A stretch of DNA of 64,000 bases from Planctomycetota bacterium (GTDB lineage Bacteria; Planctomycetota; PLA2; JAEUHO01): positions 160,001 through 224,000 of the forward strand of contig CBDCWP010000038.1 of assembly GCA_965223505.1 (NCBI GenBank), written 5' to 3'. A program made the position numbers and the translations under genes. Shown here one piece after another: positions 19,415 to 30,084 of the stretch. The notes under the pieces are model-generated. The model was not told the origin of the DNA. It saw nothing but the letters and a program-made list of their open reading frames with translations, and ran no database searches. The first letter of the stretch is position 1, and each line of letters opens with the position of its first letter.

Positions 19415-19521
19415 CGCCCCGGGCGACCGCGGAGGCACGCGACGTGCGGGCGAAAGGCGGTACACTGGGCCGCTCGATTCAGGGGTGAATCCTCGGCGCA
19501 GCAGGACTCGGTGAACTCGAC

Positions 19522-20274
19522 ATGAAGCAGCTCGCTCTCGTTCTCGTCCTCGTGCTCGCCACCGCCTGCGGCGGCGGCGGCCCGGCCACGCAAGGCAACA
19601 CCACCCAGCTGACGCCCCAGGAGACGGTCCAGCAGATCCTGGAGGACTGCGTCGCCGGCGACCTGAGCCAGCTCACGGACCTGCTCGATCTGCTGGCGGA
19701 CCTGCAGAACCCGAACACCCCGCCGCCGGCGTTCGAGCTCGGTCAGATCAGCGTGCTGACAGCGAGCGTCGGCTGGAGCCTGGACACCGACAACGACAAC
19801 GTCGCCGACCTCTTCGGCACCATCCAACTCCGCGACGCCAGTGGGGTGCCCGCTCCCGCGCTGCTCATTTTCTTCAACCCCAACGATCTCGCCGGCTCTC
19901 TCGCGGCACTCCCCGACGGCACGCAGATCCGCACGACGTTCGACCGGCCGGGCGACCCCAACCTCGCCGGCGACATCACGATCAAGCTCATGAACGGGCT
20001 GCCCGACACGGCATCCGGAACCGTCACCGTGACGAACGCCGCGGCGCAGTGCACGTCGATCTTCTCCTTCACCGACGTCCCGGCACAGCCGCTGCTCGGT
20101 GCGTACCCGACCGGTCAGCTCGACATGGACATCACCACGCCGACCAACAGCATCCTCGGCGACGTGACCACGAACGGCACCTCGAGCGCGGTGATGTCGC
20201 TCGCCTTGAACGGTGGCGCGCCGATGGTCTTCAACGTGGACCTCGACACGCAGACCGTCACACCCGCACCGTAG
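19522..20274 (+). CDS. Hypothetical lipoprotein
   Basis: LATAC lipobox followed by GGGG; good codon usage. Confidence 0.7.
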   Translation: MKQLALVLVLVLATACGGGGPATQGNTTQLTPQETVQQILEDCVAGDLSQLTDLLDLLADLQNPNTPPPAFELGQISVLTASVGWSLDTDNDNVADLFGTIQLRDASGVPAPALLIFFNPNDLAGSLAALPDGTQIRTTFDRPGDPNLAGDITIKLMNGLPDTASGTVTVTNAAAQCTSIFSFTDVPAQPLLGAYPTGQLDMDITTPTNSILGDVTTNGTSSAVMSLALNGGAPMVFNVDLDTQTVTPAP

Positions 20275-20785
20275 CCGTTCGAAGCCAACGGTCGACCTCG
20301 CGCTGGCTTCGAAGGCGCACGTGCGGGCGCTCGCGAAACTCGTGCGCGATCTCCCGCTGCCGGCGCCGGTGCTCCGTCAGCTCCCACAGCAGCAGGGACT
20401 GCTTGCTGAAGAACGTCATCCGCAGGCTCTCGTAGTTGCCGTTGCAGCAAGGCACGCGCCGTAGCGCCCGCACGACACAGCGGCGGAGCACGCGCGGCAT
20501 GGCCGTGCGCAGCGGAAAGTCGAGCCACACGAGCAGGTCGATCGCGTCGACGTGCGCGCGCCGATGCTTGCCGTAGTTGCCGTCGATCACCCAGCGCGGC
20601 CGCTCGACGACCTCGCGAATTCGCCGCGAGGTCGCCTCCGCCGGTCCTTCCTTCCAACCCGGTCGCCAGTGGATCTCGTCGAGGTGCGTCGGCTCGACCC
20701 CCACCATCGGGGCGAGCTTCGCGGCGAGCGTGGACTTGCCCGAGCCGCAGGCGCCGACGATCCAGATCCGGTCGGGCAGCGTCAC
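20258..20785 (-). CDS. Adenylate kinase-like P-loop protein (FlaR/topology modulation family)
   Basis: GACGSGKST, HLDEIHWRPGW, WVIDGNY. Confidence 0.85.
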   Translation of the reverse strand: MTLPDRIWIVGACGSGKSTLAAKLAPMVGVEPTHLDEIHWRPGWKEGPAEATSRRIREVVERPRWVIDGNYGKHRRAHVDAIDLLVWLDFPLRTAMPRVLRRCVVRALRRVPCCNGNYESLRMTFFSKQSLLLWELTEHRRRQREIAHEFRERPHVRLRSQREVDRWLRTATVRV

Positions 20786-20786
20786 G

Positions 20787-21665
20787 CTACGGCTTGGGCG
20801 CGGTCGAGAGCGCCGCCTGCAAGATCGGGTTGGCCGGGGCGCCGCTCCGCCAGGCCGCAACCACCGGGATCTCGAACTTCGGCTTCGCGAGCCGCAGGGC
20901 CTTGATGCCGCGCCCCTTGGGTCCCGCCGGGTCGAGCGTCGCCAGCGCGGTCACGCCCAGCCCCGCTTCGACGAACGCGAGGATCGTCGCCTGGGTGCCG
21001 GCGGAAATCGTCCGCGCCGGTCGCACCCCGTGGTCCTTCAGCGCGCGCATCTGGACGTCGTGGGCGCGCAAGCCGGGGCTGTAGCTGATGAAGGTCTCGT
21101 CGCCGATGTCCTTGAGCGAAACGCGAACGCGCTTCGCCAACGCGTGGGCGCGCGGGACGACGACATACCCGTGCAGCGTCCCGACGCGGCGTGTCGCGAT
21201 GTCGGCGGGCGGATCGGGCAGGTAGCTCACGAGCAGGTCGGCGTCTCCGCGCTGCAGCTCGTCCACGCTCGGGGACGCGATCTCGCGCAGGTGCACCTTC
21301 ACGCCCGGCGCTTTGCGCTGCAGGCGTCGGACCCACGCGGGCAGGAGGTCACAGAGCAGTTGCGTGTCGGCGTGGATGTGAATGTCGCCGCCGTAGGCGG
21401 ACGCCTGCAGCGAGCGCACGACGGACGGCAGGCCCTGGAAGAACGGCCCCACGAACTCGTAGAGCTGCTTGCCCGCGGGGGTGAGCCGCATGCGGTCCTT
21501 GGCGACGCGCTCGAAGAGCTTCTCGCCGAGCTCGCCCTCGAGCTTCTTGACCTGCTGGTGCACCGCCGGCTGCGTGATCGGGTACGGAAACGCCCGGGCC
21601 GCCCGCGCGTAGCCGCCGGTCCGGGCCACCCAGAAGAACCCCTCGAGTCGATGCACCTGGATCAC
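20787..21665 (-). CDS. LysR family transcriptional regulator
   Basis: TQPAVHQQVKKLEGELGEKLFER..LTPAG HTH plus substrate-binding domain. Confidence 0.93.
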   Translation of the reverse strand: MIQVHRLEGFFWVARTGGYARAARAFPYPITQPAVHQQVKKLEGELGEKLFERVAKDRMRLTPAGKQLYEFVGPFFQGLPSVVRSLQASAYGGDIHIHADTQLLCDLLPAWVRRLQRKAPGVKVHLREIASPSVDELQRGDADLLVSYLPDPPADIATRRVGTLHGYVVVPRAHALAKRVRVSLKDIGDETFISYSPGLRAHDVQMRALKDHGVRPARTISAGTQATILAFVEAGLGVTALATLDPAGPKGRGIKALRLAKPKFEIPVVAAWRSGAPANPILQAALSTAPKP

Positions 21666-21778
21666 GCGGCGTCTCCCGTTTCGTTAAGCTCACCGAATCG
21701 ATCATATCAGCGCAAATGAGTGGGCGGAATCGAGCGGAGGGGCGATCCTGAGGGTGTCGGTTCGGACCGGAGACCATC

Positions 21779-22504
21779 ATGAAACGCGCCGCGCTGTACC
21801 TCTTCGTCGGCTCCGTCGCGACGAGCGCCCTGCTCGCCGCCTACGCATTGCTCGTGGGCTCCTTCGGCGAGTTCGAGGGGAAGCTGTTGCTGACGACGCT
21901 TTGCATCTCCGGCGGCAGCATCCTCGCCATGTCGTGCCTGCCCGCGTTGGAGCGCTCGCGACTCGGAGTGATTCCGAGGATCGGCATCGTTTCGGCCGCC
22001 ATCGGGTTCGGCCTGCTCATCATCGCCGTCTGGGCGGAGTGGAACGACGACGAGTTGCTGAAGTTCGCCGTGACCGCCGTCCTCGCCGGCTCGGCGATCG
22101 CGTACAGCTCGTTGTTGAGCCTCGTTCGGCTGGCGCCGCGATTCCGCTGGATCCTGCCCTTCGGCTTCGCCTGCGCAGGACTGCTGGCGGTCATGCTCAC
22201 GGCGATGGTCTGGGAAGCGTTCACGGACTATGAGGTCTGGTGGCGCCTGACGGGCGTCGTTTCCGTCCTGCTGTGCGCCGCGACGGTCATTGCTCCGATC
22301 TTCCATCGACTGAGCCGGTCCGCGTCGCTCGATGCCCCGGCCGGCTTCGAGCCCCGACTTCGCTTCTGCCCCCACTGCGGCGCCCCGGCGTCGGCGGCGG
22401 ACAGCGCCGGGAAAGCCGCGTGCGCCCTTTGCAACGCGCGCTACGCCGTTCACTTCGACGTATCCCGGGAGCGCGAGGCACATCTGGACGGGGTGTTCAA
22501 GTAG
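21779..22504 (+). CDS. Membrane protein with C-terminal zinc ribbon
   Basis: About 6 TM segments; FCPHCG...CALC. Confidence 0.75.
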   Translation: MKRAALYLFVGSVATSALLAAYALLVGSFGEFEGKLLLTTLCISGGSILAMSCLPALERSRLGVIPRIGIVSAAIGFGLLIIAVWAEWNDDELLKFAVTAVLAGSAIAYSSLLSLVRLAPRFRWILPFGFACAGLLAVMLTAMVWEAFTDYEVWWRLTGVVSVLLCAATVIAPIFHRLSRSASLDAPAGFEPRLRFCPHCGAPASAADSAGKAACALCNARYAVHFDVSREREAHLDGVFK

Positions 22505-22520
22505 CGGCTACCCTGCGGCC

Positions 22521-23912
22521 ATGCGCCGTACGTTGCTCCTGCTCGTTTGCGTTCCGCTTCTCGCGTCGCCGGCTCGTGCCGAACCGGAAGCGGTATCGAT
22601 CAAGGACATGATCGACCCGATCGCGAAGGTGTACGTCGATTCGGGCGTGCTCATGGGCGCGGTCATCGGCGTGATCGACGACACCGACGAGGCGGTCATC
22701 GGCTACGGCCGCTTCAGCGCGCAGAAGGCCGAGACGCCCGACGGCGACACGATCTACGAGATCGGCTCCGTCTCGAAGGTGTTCACCGGCATCATGCTGG
22801 CGGCGTTGGCCGAAGAGGGCGTCGTGAAGCTCGACGAGCCCGTCGCGGATCTGCTGCCGACCGGTGTGATCGTCCCTTCGCGGGCCACGGACGACGGCAA
22901 GCGGCAGATCAGGTTGGTCGAACTCTCGACACATACGTCGGCTCTGCCGCGCATGCCCGCGAACTTCGATCCGCCGGATCCGGAGCGCCCTTACGAGCAC
23001 TACACCGTCGAGCGACTGTACGGGTTCCTCTCGTATCACAGGCTGCGCCGCGAGCCCGGCGCGCAGTACGAGTACAGCAACCTGGGCGCGGGGCTGCTCG
23101 GGCACGCTCTCGGACTGCGATCGAAGCACACGTACGCCGCGCTGCTGCGATCGCGCATCACGAAGCCGCTGGGCATGCAATCGACGCACACGCTCATCCC
23201 GGCGGCTGCGGTGCGCAAGGCGGCGCCGCCGTACACGGCCGACGGCCTGCCGACCAAGCGCTGGCGGTTCTCGACGCTGCAAGGCGCGGGTGCGATCCGC
23301 TCGAGCGTCAACGACATGATGAAGTTCGCCCGAGCCAACCTGTCGCCGGACGAATCTCCGCTCGGCAAGGCGCTGAAGGTCGCTCAGCAGATCCACTGGC
23401 GCAAGGAGGGCGCCGACTTCGCCGGCGTGGGGCTGGGCTGGCATGCGGGACCGGGCCGAGTGCGCATGCACAGCGGCGCAACGGGCGGCTATCACAGCTT
23501 TCTGGTGATCGACCCCGACGCCAAGCGCGCGGTCGTGGTGTTGTCGAACACGGCGACCGGGCAGGTGGACAGGCTGGGACGCGACGTCCTGCTGGCATTG
23601 CGCGGCAAGAAGATCGACCTGCCGAGGTTCCGCAAGCCGATCGAGATGACGAACGAGGCGCTGGACGCGTACACCGGTACGTACGAGCTGGCGCCGATGT
23701 TCAGGATCCAGGTGACGCGCGAGGGCAATCGGTTGATGGCGCAGGCGACGAACCAGACGAAGCTTCGGCTGTGGCCGGCAGCGGAAAACGAGTTCTTCTA
23801 CCGCGTGGTCGAGGCGACGGTGACGTTCGAGCGAAACGACGATGGCGACGTCACGGCGCTGGTGCTGCACCAGAACAACGCGCACACTCGCGGCAGGAAG
23901 ATGGACGGGTAG
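22521..23912 (+). CDS. Serine hydrolase (beta-lactamase class C/AmpH family) with DUF3471-like C-terminus
   Basis: GSVSKVF (SxxK), YEYSN, HSGATGG; signal peptide. Confidence 0.9.
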   Translation: MRRTLLLLVCVPLLASPARAEPEAVSIKDMIDPIAKVYVDSGVLMGAVIGVIDDTDEAVIGYGRFSAQKAETPDGDTIYEIGSVSKVFTGIMLAALAEEGVVKLDEPVADLLPTGVIVPSRATDDGKRQIRLVELSTHTSALPRMPANFDPPDPERPYEHYTVERLYGFLSYHRLRREPGAQYEYSNLGAGLLGHALGLRSKHTYAALLRSRITKPLGMQSTHTLIPAAAVRKAAPPYTADGLPTKRWRFSTLQGAGAIRSSVNDMMKFARANLSPDESPLGKALKVAQQIHWRKEGADFAGVGLGWHAGPGRVRMHSGATGGYHSFLVIDPDAKRAVVVLSNTATGQVDRLGRDVLLALRGKKIDLPRFRKPIEMTNEALDAYTGTYELAPMFRIQVTREGNRLMAQATNQTKLRLWPAAENEFFYRVVEATVTFERNDDGDVTALVLHQNNAHTRGRKMDG

Positions 23913-23975
23913 ATCCGGCCCTCCGCGCATGGGGATTGCATGATCCGGCCGGATCGGGCACAACGGGCGCCCGAG

Positions 23976-25571
23976 ATGCGCTGCCTCTTCGTCAACCCCC
24001 GCTTCCTGACCGCGTCGTTCTGGAACTATCGGGCCACGTGCACCGGGGCCGGCGCGCGCTTCCCCGCGCCCCCGCTCGGACTGATCACCGTCGCGGCGAT
24101 GCTGCCGGACGACTGGGACGTGCGGCTCGTGGACTGCAACGTGCGTCGCTTCGAGCCGGAAATGTTCGACTGGGCCGACCTCGTGCTCATCGGCGGCATG
24201 CTGCCGCAGCAGGTCGATGCCCTGGACCTCATCCACCAGGCCAAGCAACGCGGCAAGACGGTCGTCGTGGGCGGGCCCGACGCCACGTCCAGTCCGCATC
24301 TCTATGCCGAAGCCGACCACCTCGTGCTCGGCGAGGTCGAGAACACACTCGGCCGCTTCCTGGACGATCTGCGCAACGGCGTCGCGCAGAAAACGTATCA
24401 GGACCCCGACCGACCGGACGTGACGACCTCTCCCTGTCCGCGCTACGACCTGCTCGACCTCGGCAAGTATCTGCACATCGGCGTGCAGTGGTGTCGCGGT
24501 TGCCCGTTCTCCTGCGAGTTCTGCGACATCATCGAGCTCTACGGCCGCGTGCCGCGCGCGAAGACCACCGAGCAGATGCTGCACGAGCTTCAGACGCTCT
24601 ACGACCTCGGGTACCGGGGGCACGTAGACTTCGTCGACGACAACTTCATCGGCAACAAGAAGCTCGCGAAGCAGTTCCTCCCCCACCTGCGCGACTGGCT
24701 CGAAGCACACGCCTGGCCCTTCGAGTTCTCCACCGAGGCGTCGGTCAACCTCGCTGACGACGACGAGCTGCTCGGCCTGATGCGCGACGTCGGCTTCTTC
24801 ACGGTCTTCGTCGGGATCGAGAGCCCGGACGAAGAGACGCTGATCGCGACGAAGAAACGACAGAACACCAAGCGCTCGATTGCGGACGGCATTCACAAGA
24901 TCACCCGGCACGGCATGTTCGTGAACGCGGGCTACATCATCGGCTTCGACAGCGAGAACGGCAGCGTCGGCCGCGGCATCATCGAGAGCATCGAGGACAC
25001 GGCGATCCCCGTGAACATGGTGGGCCTGCTGCATGCGCTTCCGAACACGCAGCTCACGCGCCGGCTCGAGCAGGAAGGCCGCCTGCACGACGACCACTGC
25101 CGCATCAAACCGACACAAGGCGACCAGTGCACGGCGGGGCTCAACTTCGAGACGAGGCGCCCGCGCTCCGACATCCTGCGCGACTACCTGCAGGTCGTGG
25201 AGACGATCTACCAGCCCAAGGCCTTCTTCGACCGCGTGATCGAGACGTGCCTGCGGCTCGATACCTCCGCGCGCAAGATCCAATACGGATGGCGGGGCCG
25301 CCTGCGTTCGTTGCGCGCCTTCGTGTCGTATTCGCTCTCGCTCGGCGTGCTGCGCAAGGGCCGGCGCCACTACTGGCGCATGCTGTGGCGTGTCGGTCGC
25401 AAGAACCCGGGCGCACTGTTTCACTCCGTGCTGCTCGCGGCGCTCTACCTGCACCTCGGTCCGTTTTCCGAGTTCGTCGCTCGGCACACACGGCGCGCGC
25501 TCACCGAGCAGGAAACGCGCGACGACGCGAAGCAGGACGCGACGAGGCCGGCCGAGGCCGTCGGCGCGTAG
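23976..25571 (+). CDS. B12-binding radical SAM protein with DUF4070-like C-terminus (HpnP-related family)
   Basis: PPLGLITVAAMLP B12 domain; RGCPFSCEFC (CxxxCxxC). Confidence 0.88.
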   Translation: MRCLFVNPRFLTASFWNYRATCTGAGARFPAPPLGLITVAAMLPDDWDVRLVDCNVRRFEPEMFDWADLVLIGGMLPQQVDALDLIHQAKQRGKTVVVGGPDATSSPHLYAEADHLVLGEVENTLGRFLDDLRNGVAQKTYQDPDRPDVTTSPCPRYDLLDLGKYLHIGVQWCRGCPFSCEFCDIIELYGRVPRAKTTEQMLHELQTLYDLGYRGHVDFVDDNFIGNKKLAKQFLPHLRDWLEAHAWPFEFSTEASVNLADDDELLGLMRDVGFFTVFVGIESPDEETLIATKKRQNTKRSIADGIHKITRHGMFVNAGYIIGFDSENGSVGRGIIESIEDTAIPVNMVGLLHALPNTQLTRRLEQEGRLHDDHCRIKPTQGDQCTAGLNFETRRPRSDILRDYLQVVETIYQPKAFFDRVIETCLRLDTSARKIQYGWRGRLRSLRAFVSYSLSLGVLRKGRRHYWRMLWRVGRKNPGALFHSVLLAALYLHLGPFSEFVARHTRRALTEQETRDDAKQDATRPAEAVGA

Positions 25572-25574
25572 CGG

Positions 25575-26330
25575 TCACTCCATCCACTCGGCGAGGCTGT
25601 CGGGGAGGAAGCGCGCGTCGCGCGCCTCGGCGGCGGCCTGCTTGCCGCGGATGCGGATCGCCATGCTGAGGAAAGCGCTGCTCTCGCTGGTCAGCGCCTT
25701 CATTTCCTTCTCGAGTCGCTGAAGCTCGGGATCGGGCCCGATGCCCATCAAGTACGACTGGTGCGGCAGGCGCAACTTGCCCATGCGCCGGCTCATGTCG
25801 AGATCCTGCTTCGTACGGATCGCCCAGTTGACGAGGTCGCGCAGCTCCGGACGCAGCGCGACATTGGACATGTGACGCCGCGTGACGAGGCCCAGCTCCT
25901 CGTACCGGTCCTCGACGGCTTGTTTCGTCGCGTCGCCGGGCGAGGCCAGCTCGGCTTCCATGGCGGCGCCGAGGCGTTCCACCCGCTGCGCCACGCGGAC
26001 CTCGAACGTGCGATACCCCTCGTGGGCCAGGAGCAGCCCCAGTCCGGCGAGGAACAGATAGCCGAACCAGCGCTCGGCCTTGTCGTAGTTGTCGCGGAAG
26101 ACACCGATCGGCAGCGCCAGGAGCAGGGCGCCGGCGAGGGCGCCGGGAATGCACAGGAGGGCGCGGGGCGCCGTCAATCCCCCGTCGGTGAGGTGGCCGA
26201 GCCAGAGGAAGGTCCCGACGGCGCCGAGCAGCATGCCGGCGAAGGTGCCGCCCCCGCCGCCCAGGATGCGGGCGGCGTTGAACAGGCAGAGTCCGGCGAC
26301 GATGGCAACGATGATGAGCGGGTCGGGCAT
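25575..26330 (-). CDS. Hypothetical membrane protein
   Basis: GAGGAG RBS, ATG 26330, about 4 TM helices plus soluble tail. Confidence 0.6.
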   Translation of the reverse strand: MPDPLIIVAIVAGLCLFNAARILGGGGGTFAGMLLGAVGTFLWLGHLTDGGLTAPRALLCIPGALAGALLLALPIGVFRDNYDKAERWFGYLFLAGLGLLLAHEGYRTFEVRVAQRVERLGAAMEAELASPGDATKQAVEDRYEELGLVTRRHMSNVALRPELRDLVNWAIRTKQDLDMSRRMGKLRLPHQSYLMGIGPDPELQRLEKEMKALTSESSAFLSMAIRIRGKQAAAEARDARFLPDSLAEWME

Positions 26331-26407
26331 GGCGAGCTCCTCGGTCCGCCTTCCAGAACCCACGAGGCCGCCCGAGCGGACACCGAAACCGAGATTCCCG
26401 CGGAAAT

Positions 26408-28339
26408 CTAGCTCGGCAGCGGCTCGTCCGCGGATCGAAGGGCCTCGAGCTCGCGCAGGACGCGGTCGGTCAGCCCGTCCGCGTCCAGACGGAATCGCCG
26501 CAGCCAGTCCTTCGCGTCCCCGTGCCAGACGAGTCGATCCGGCACCCCGTAGGCCCGCACCCGGCAGTCCACCGGCGCCTCGAAGGCCGCCAGTGTCTCG
26601 AGCACCGCCGAGCCGAACCCGCCGTTGACCGCGTGCTCTTCCACCGTCACCAGCAAGGGAAATCTCCGGGTCAACCGCTCCAGCGCCTTGACGTCCAGCG
26701 GCCGCGCGAAGCGAGCGTTGAACACCGCCGCCTCGATCCCGCGCTCGGCCAGCTTGTCGGCGGCGTCGAGCGCCTTCTTGACCATCGTGCCGTACGCGAA
26801 GAACACCACGTCGCTGCCCTCGCGCAGCAGCACGCCCTTCCCGTTGCGAACACGCTTGTCGTTGCCCGGCAGACTCTCGTCCGGTGCGCCGCCGCGCGGA
26901 TAGCGAATCGCCGACGGCCCGGACAGCGACAATGCGTGCCGCACCATCAGGTCGAGCTCCGGCGGATCGGCGGGCGCCATCAACGTCACGCCCGGCAACG
27001 TGCGCAGGTACGCGATGTCGTAGAGTCCCTGGTGCGTGACGCCGTCCCCGCCGACGATGCCCGCGCGGTCCATCGCGAAGACGACCGGCAGGTCCTGCAC
27101 GACGACCTCCTGCCACACCTGATCGAAACCACGTTGCAGGAACGTCGAGTAGATCGCCACGACGGGCTTCATGCCCATGTCGGCCATGCCCGCCGCCGCA
27201 GCGACGCCGTGTTGCTCGCAGATGCCGACGTCGATTACACGCTCGGCCAGATCGGGCTCGATCTTCGAGAGACCCGTACCCGACGGCATCGCCGCCGTGA
27301 TCGCCACGACGCGGGGATCGTGCTTCATGATGGCGTTCATGCTGCGACCGAACGCGTCCTGGTACTTGATGACCGGCTTGGCGCCTCTCGCTACGGCAGG
27401 ACGCGCGACCTTGGTGGGCGCCTTGACCGGCTTCTTCTGGGTCGCCCCTACTGCGTGCGCCGCGTCGTCGCCGGGCGTGTGATAGCCGCGGCCCTTTTCC
27501 GTCACGACGTGCAAGAGGACCGGCCCGCTCACGCGCTGGAGATCGAGCATGAGCTGCTCGAGCCGCAGCACGTCGTGCCCGTCTTCCGGGCCGAAGTACG
27601 TCCACCCCAGCTCGCGGAACAGGTGTCCCGGGCTCAGGTAGTTGGCCATCGCCTCCTTCACGTCGCCGACCCAGCGGCTGAGCTTGTCGCCGACGAACGG
27701 GACCATGTTCAGCGCGTCGAGCAGCTCCGTCTTGCCCTCGCGGTACGCGGGCAGCGTGCGGATGCGGTTGAGATACCGGCGCAGCGATCCGACCGTGCGC
27801 GCGATCGACCACTGGTTGTCGTTGAGGATGACGAGCAGGTTCGCGTCGCCGTGACCGGCGTGGTTGAGCGCTTCGAAGGTCGCGCCCGAGCCGGCCGACG
27901 CGTCCCCCACCAGAGCGACGACCCGACGGTCGTCGATTCCGCGCAGCTGATCGGCCATCGCCATGCCGGCCGCGACCGACACGGCCGTCCCCGCGTGTCC
28001 CGCTGTGAAGGTGTCGTACGGGCTTTCGCCCCGGTGCATGAACCCGGACATCCCGTCCGTCTGGCGCAGCGTCGGAAAGCGCTTGCGGCGGCCGGTCAGG
28101 ACCTTGTGCGGATACACCTGATGGCTCGTGTCGAGCAGCAGCCGGTCGTGCTTGAAGTCGAAGACCCGGTGCAGCGCGACGGTCAGCTCCACGACGCCGA
28201 GGTTGCTGCCGAGGTGGCCGCCGGTCGAGGTCACCGACTCGATCAGGAACTCACGTAGCGCGTCGCAGTACGGAACCAACTCCTCTTTGGCGAGGGACTT
28301 GAGGTCCTCGGGGTTGTCCACGCGGTCGATGAGTTCCAC
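26408..28339 (-). CDS. dxs: 1-deoxy-D-xylulose-5-phosphate synthase
   Basis: GGHLGSNLGVVELT, DVGICEQH, IYSTFLQR, DRAGIVG.DG.THQG. Confidence 0.96.
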   Translation of the reverse strand: MELIDRVDNPEDLKSLAKEELVPYCDALREFLIESVTSTGGHLGSNLGVVELTVALHRVFDFKHDRLLLDTSHQVYPHKVLTGRRKRFPTLRQTDGMSGFMHRGESPYDTFTAGHAGTAVSVAAGMAMADQLRGIDDRRVVALVGDASAGSGATFEALNHAGHGDANLLVILNDNQWSIARTVGSLRRYLNRIRTLPAYREGKTELLDALNMVPFVGDKLSRWVGDVKEAMANYLSPGHLFRELGWTYFGPEDGHDVLRLEQLMLDLQRVSGPVLLHVVTEKGRGYHTPGDDAAHAVGATQKKPVKAPTKVARPAVARGAKPVIKYQDAFGRSMNAIMKHDPRVVAITAAMPSGTGLSKIEPDLAERVIDVGICEQHGVAAAAGMADMGMKPVVAIYSTFLQRGFDQVWQEVVVQDLPVVFAMDRAGIVGGDGVTHQGLYDIAYLRTLPGVTLMAPADPPELDLMVRHALSLSGPSAIRYPRGGAPDESLPGNDKRVRNGKGVLLREGSDVVFFAYGTMVKKALDAADKLAERGIEAAVFNARFARPLDVKALERLTRRFPLLVTVEEHAVNGGFGSAVLETLAAFEAPVDCRVRAYGVPDRLVWHGDAKDWLRRFRLDADGLTDRVLRELEALRSADEPLPS

Positions 28340-28435
28340 GCCGGAAGGATACCCGCGTGCGCGGCTTCGGCCCCCGGAACGACGAGCCCTGCGATTGGTT
28401 GTTCAACCCCTGTTCGTTGCGGGGAGAATGCCCGC

Positions 28436-29329
28436 ATGACGGCCCCGGAGACCGCTCGCGCCGACGCCTTCTTGGCCCAGGCGAAGGAACGTGTCGAGAT
28501 CGCGCTCGACGCCGCGTTGCCCACCGAGGCGACCGCGCCCGCGCGCCTTGCGGAAGCCATGCGCTACTCGACGCAAGCGGGCGGAAAGCGCTTGCGGCCG
28601 GCACTCGCACTCGCCGCATGCCGAGCCGTGGGCGGCGACGCCGAAGCGGCGCTGCCGTTCGCGTGCGCGCTCGAGATGATCCACACGTACAGCCTGATCC
28701 ACGACGACCTGCCCGCCATGGACGACGACGATCTGCGGCGCGGACGCCCGACGAATCACAAGGTCTTCGGCGAGGCCCTCGCCATCCTGGCCGGCGACGC
28801 GTTGCACACGCTCGCGTTCGGCGTGATCCTGCGCGAGGTCGCGGACGCGAAGACGGCGCGGCGGCTCGCGGCCGAGCTCGAGCACGCGGCCGGCTACGCC
28901 GGCATGGTCGGCGGCCAGGTCGACGACCTCGAAGGCGGCGGCCAGCCCCCCAACGAAGATCAGCTGTTGCGCATTCACGAACGCAAGACGGCCGCGCTGC
29001 TGCGCGCCGCGACCCGCGGCGGCGCGATCGCCGGTGGCGCCACCGACGCTCAGGTCGAGTCGCTCGGACGTTTCGGACACCACCTCGGGCTCGCGTTTCA
29101 GATCGTGGACGACGTCCTCGACGAGACCGGAACGGCCGAAGCGCTCGGCAAGACGCCCGGCAAGGACCGCGAGGGCGGAAAGATGACCGTCGTCGCCCTC
29201 GAAGGCGTCGACGCGGCGAAGCAGCGCGCGGACCGTGAGCGCGAGCTCGCGGAGGCAGCGGTGCGCGAGTTGCCCGACGCACAGCTGTTGATCGACCTCG
29301 CGCGTTTCGTCACGCGTCGGGATCGCTGA
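28436..29329 (+). CDS. ispA: Farnesyl/geranylgeranyl diphosphate synthase
   Basis: GGKRLRP, SLIHDDLPAMDDDDLRRG, FQIVDDVLD. Confidence 0.93.
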   Translation: MTAPETARADAFLAQAKERVEIALDAALPTEATAPARLAEAMRYSTQAGGKRLRPALALAACRAVGGDAEAALPFACALEMIHTYSLIHDDLPAMDDDDLRRGRPTNHKVFGEALAILAGDALHTLAFGVILREVADAKTARRLAAELEHAAGYAGMVGGQVDDLEGGGQPPNEDQLLRIHERKTAALLRAATRGGAIAGGATDAQVESLGRFGHHLGLAFQIVDDVLDETGTAEALGKTPGKDREGGKMTVVALEGVDAAKQRADRERELAEAAVRELPDAQLLIDLARFVTRRDR

Positions 29330-29741
29330 GCGCGATGCGAACGCCCTGCGGGTGTCCCCAACGCATGTCGTAGACCATGACCGCTTCGACGTCCGGCAGC
29401 GCGATGCGCAGCGTGCGCCGGTCATCGTCCGTCGCGTCGTTCGGCGCGGGCGCAGGCGACCATCGAACCTCGATCCGATGCTCCTGCGACTGCTCGTCCG
29501 GCGGGATGACCGCGTGCAGCAGACTTCCGGTCTTCGGCGGATGCACCAACACGAGCGTGAGCTCGGTTCCGCCGGCGCGCTTCACCAGGGACGTGCGTTC
29601 GACGTCGACGTAGCGGGCGGGGTAGTGATCCGCGAACATGAACCGGAGCACGCCGACGACGAGGACGACGAATCCGATCGCCAATACGGGAATGACCCAG
29701 CGCCAGATCGATCGCTCCGGATCCGGACGGTCCGCGGTCAC
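29310..29741 (-). CDS. Hypothetical membrane-anchored protein
   Basis: GTGA-coupled to xseB stop; single TM. Confidence 0.5.
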   Translation of the reverse strand: MTADRPDPERSIWRWVIPVLAIGFVVLVVGVLRFMFADHYPARYVDVERTSLVKRAGGTELTLVLVHPPKTGSLLHAVIPPDEQSQEHRIEVRWSPAPAPNDATDDDRRTLRIALPDVEAVMVYDMRWGHPQGVRIALSDPDA

Positions 29742-30001
29742 TCGTCCGACTCGAGCCCGTCCTCGCCGACGCGTAGTGCCCGCTCGGCGATCTCGCCGTC
29801 GGACTCGGCGACGAGCTCGGCAAGCCGGGCCTCGGCGTCGTCCAGCATCTCGCGGCACTCGCGCAGGTGCTCGACGCCCTCCTTGTAGCGCTCGAGCGAC
29901 GCTTCGAGCGGCAGCTCCTCCCCCTCGAGATCCTGCACGACGGCTTCCAGCGCCTCCATGCGCGCTTCGAAGCTCAGCTCGCTCTTCTTGTCGGATGCCA
30001 T
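29738..30001 (-). CDS. xseB: Exodeoxyribonuclease VII small subunit
   Basis: SFEARMEALEAVVQDLE..LPLEASLERYKEG. Confidence 0.93.
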   Translation of the reverse strand: MASDKKSELSFEARMEALEAVVQDLEGEELPLEASLERYKEGVEHLRECREMLDDAEARLAELVAESDGEIAERALRVGEDGLESDE

Positions 30002-30084
30002 CCCGCGAGCATACCCCGGCGCGATCGACGTGGCGCACCCGTGCAAATGCCCCTTTGAAACTCCGTTTGCGCGACAATGCCGGG

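Noticed and set aside
21702..21719. TCAT-N10-ATGA dyad as a LysR operator
   Set aside because: Does not fit T-N11-A dyad geometry well; too weak to call
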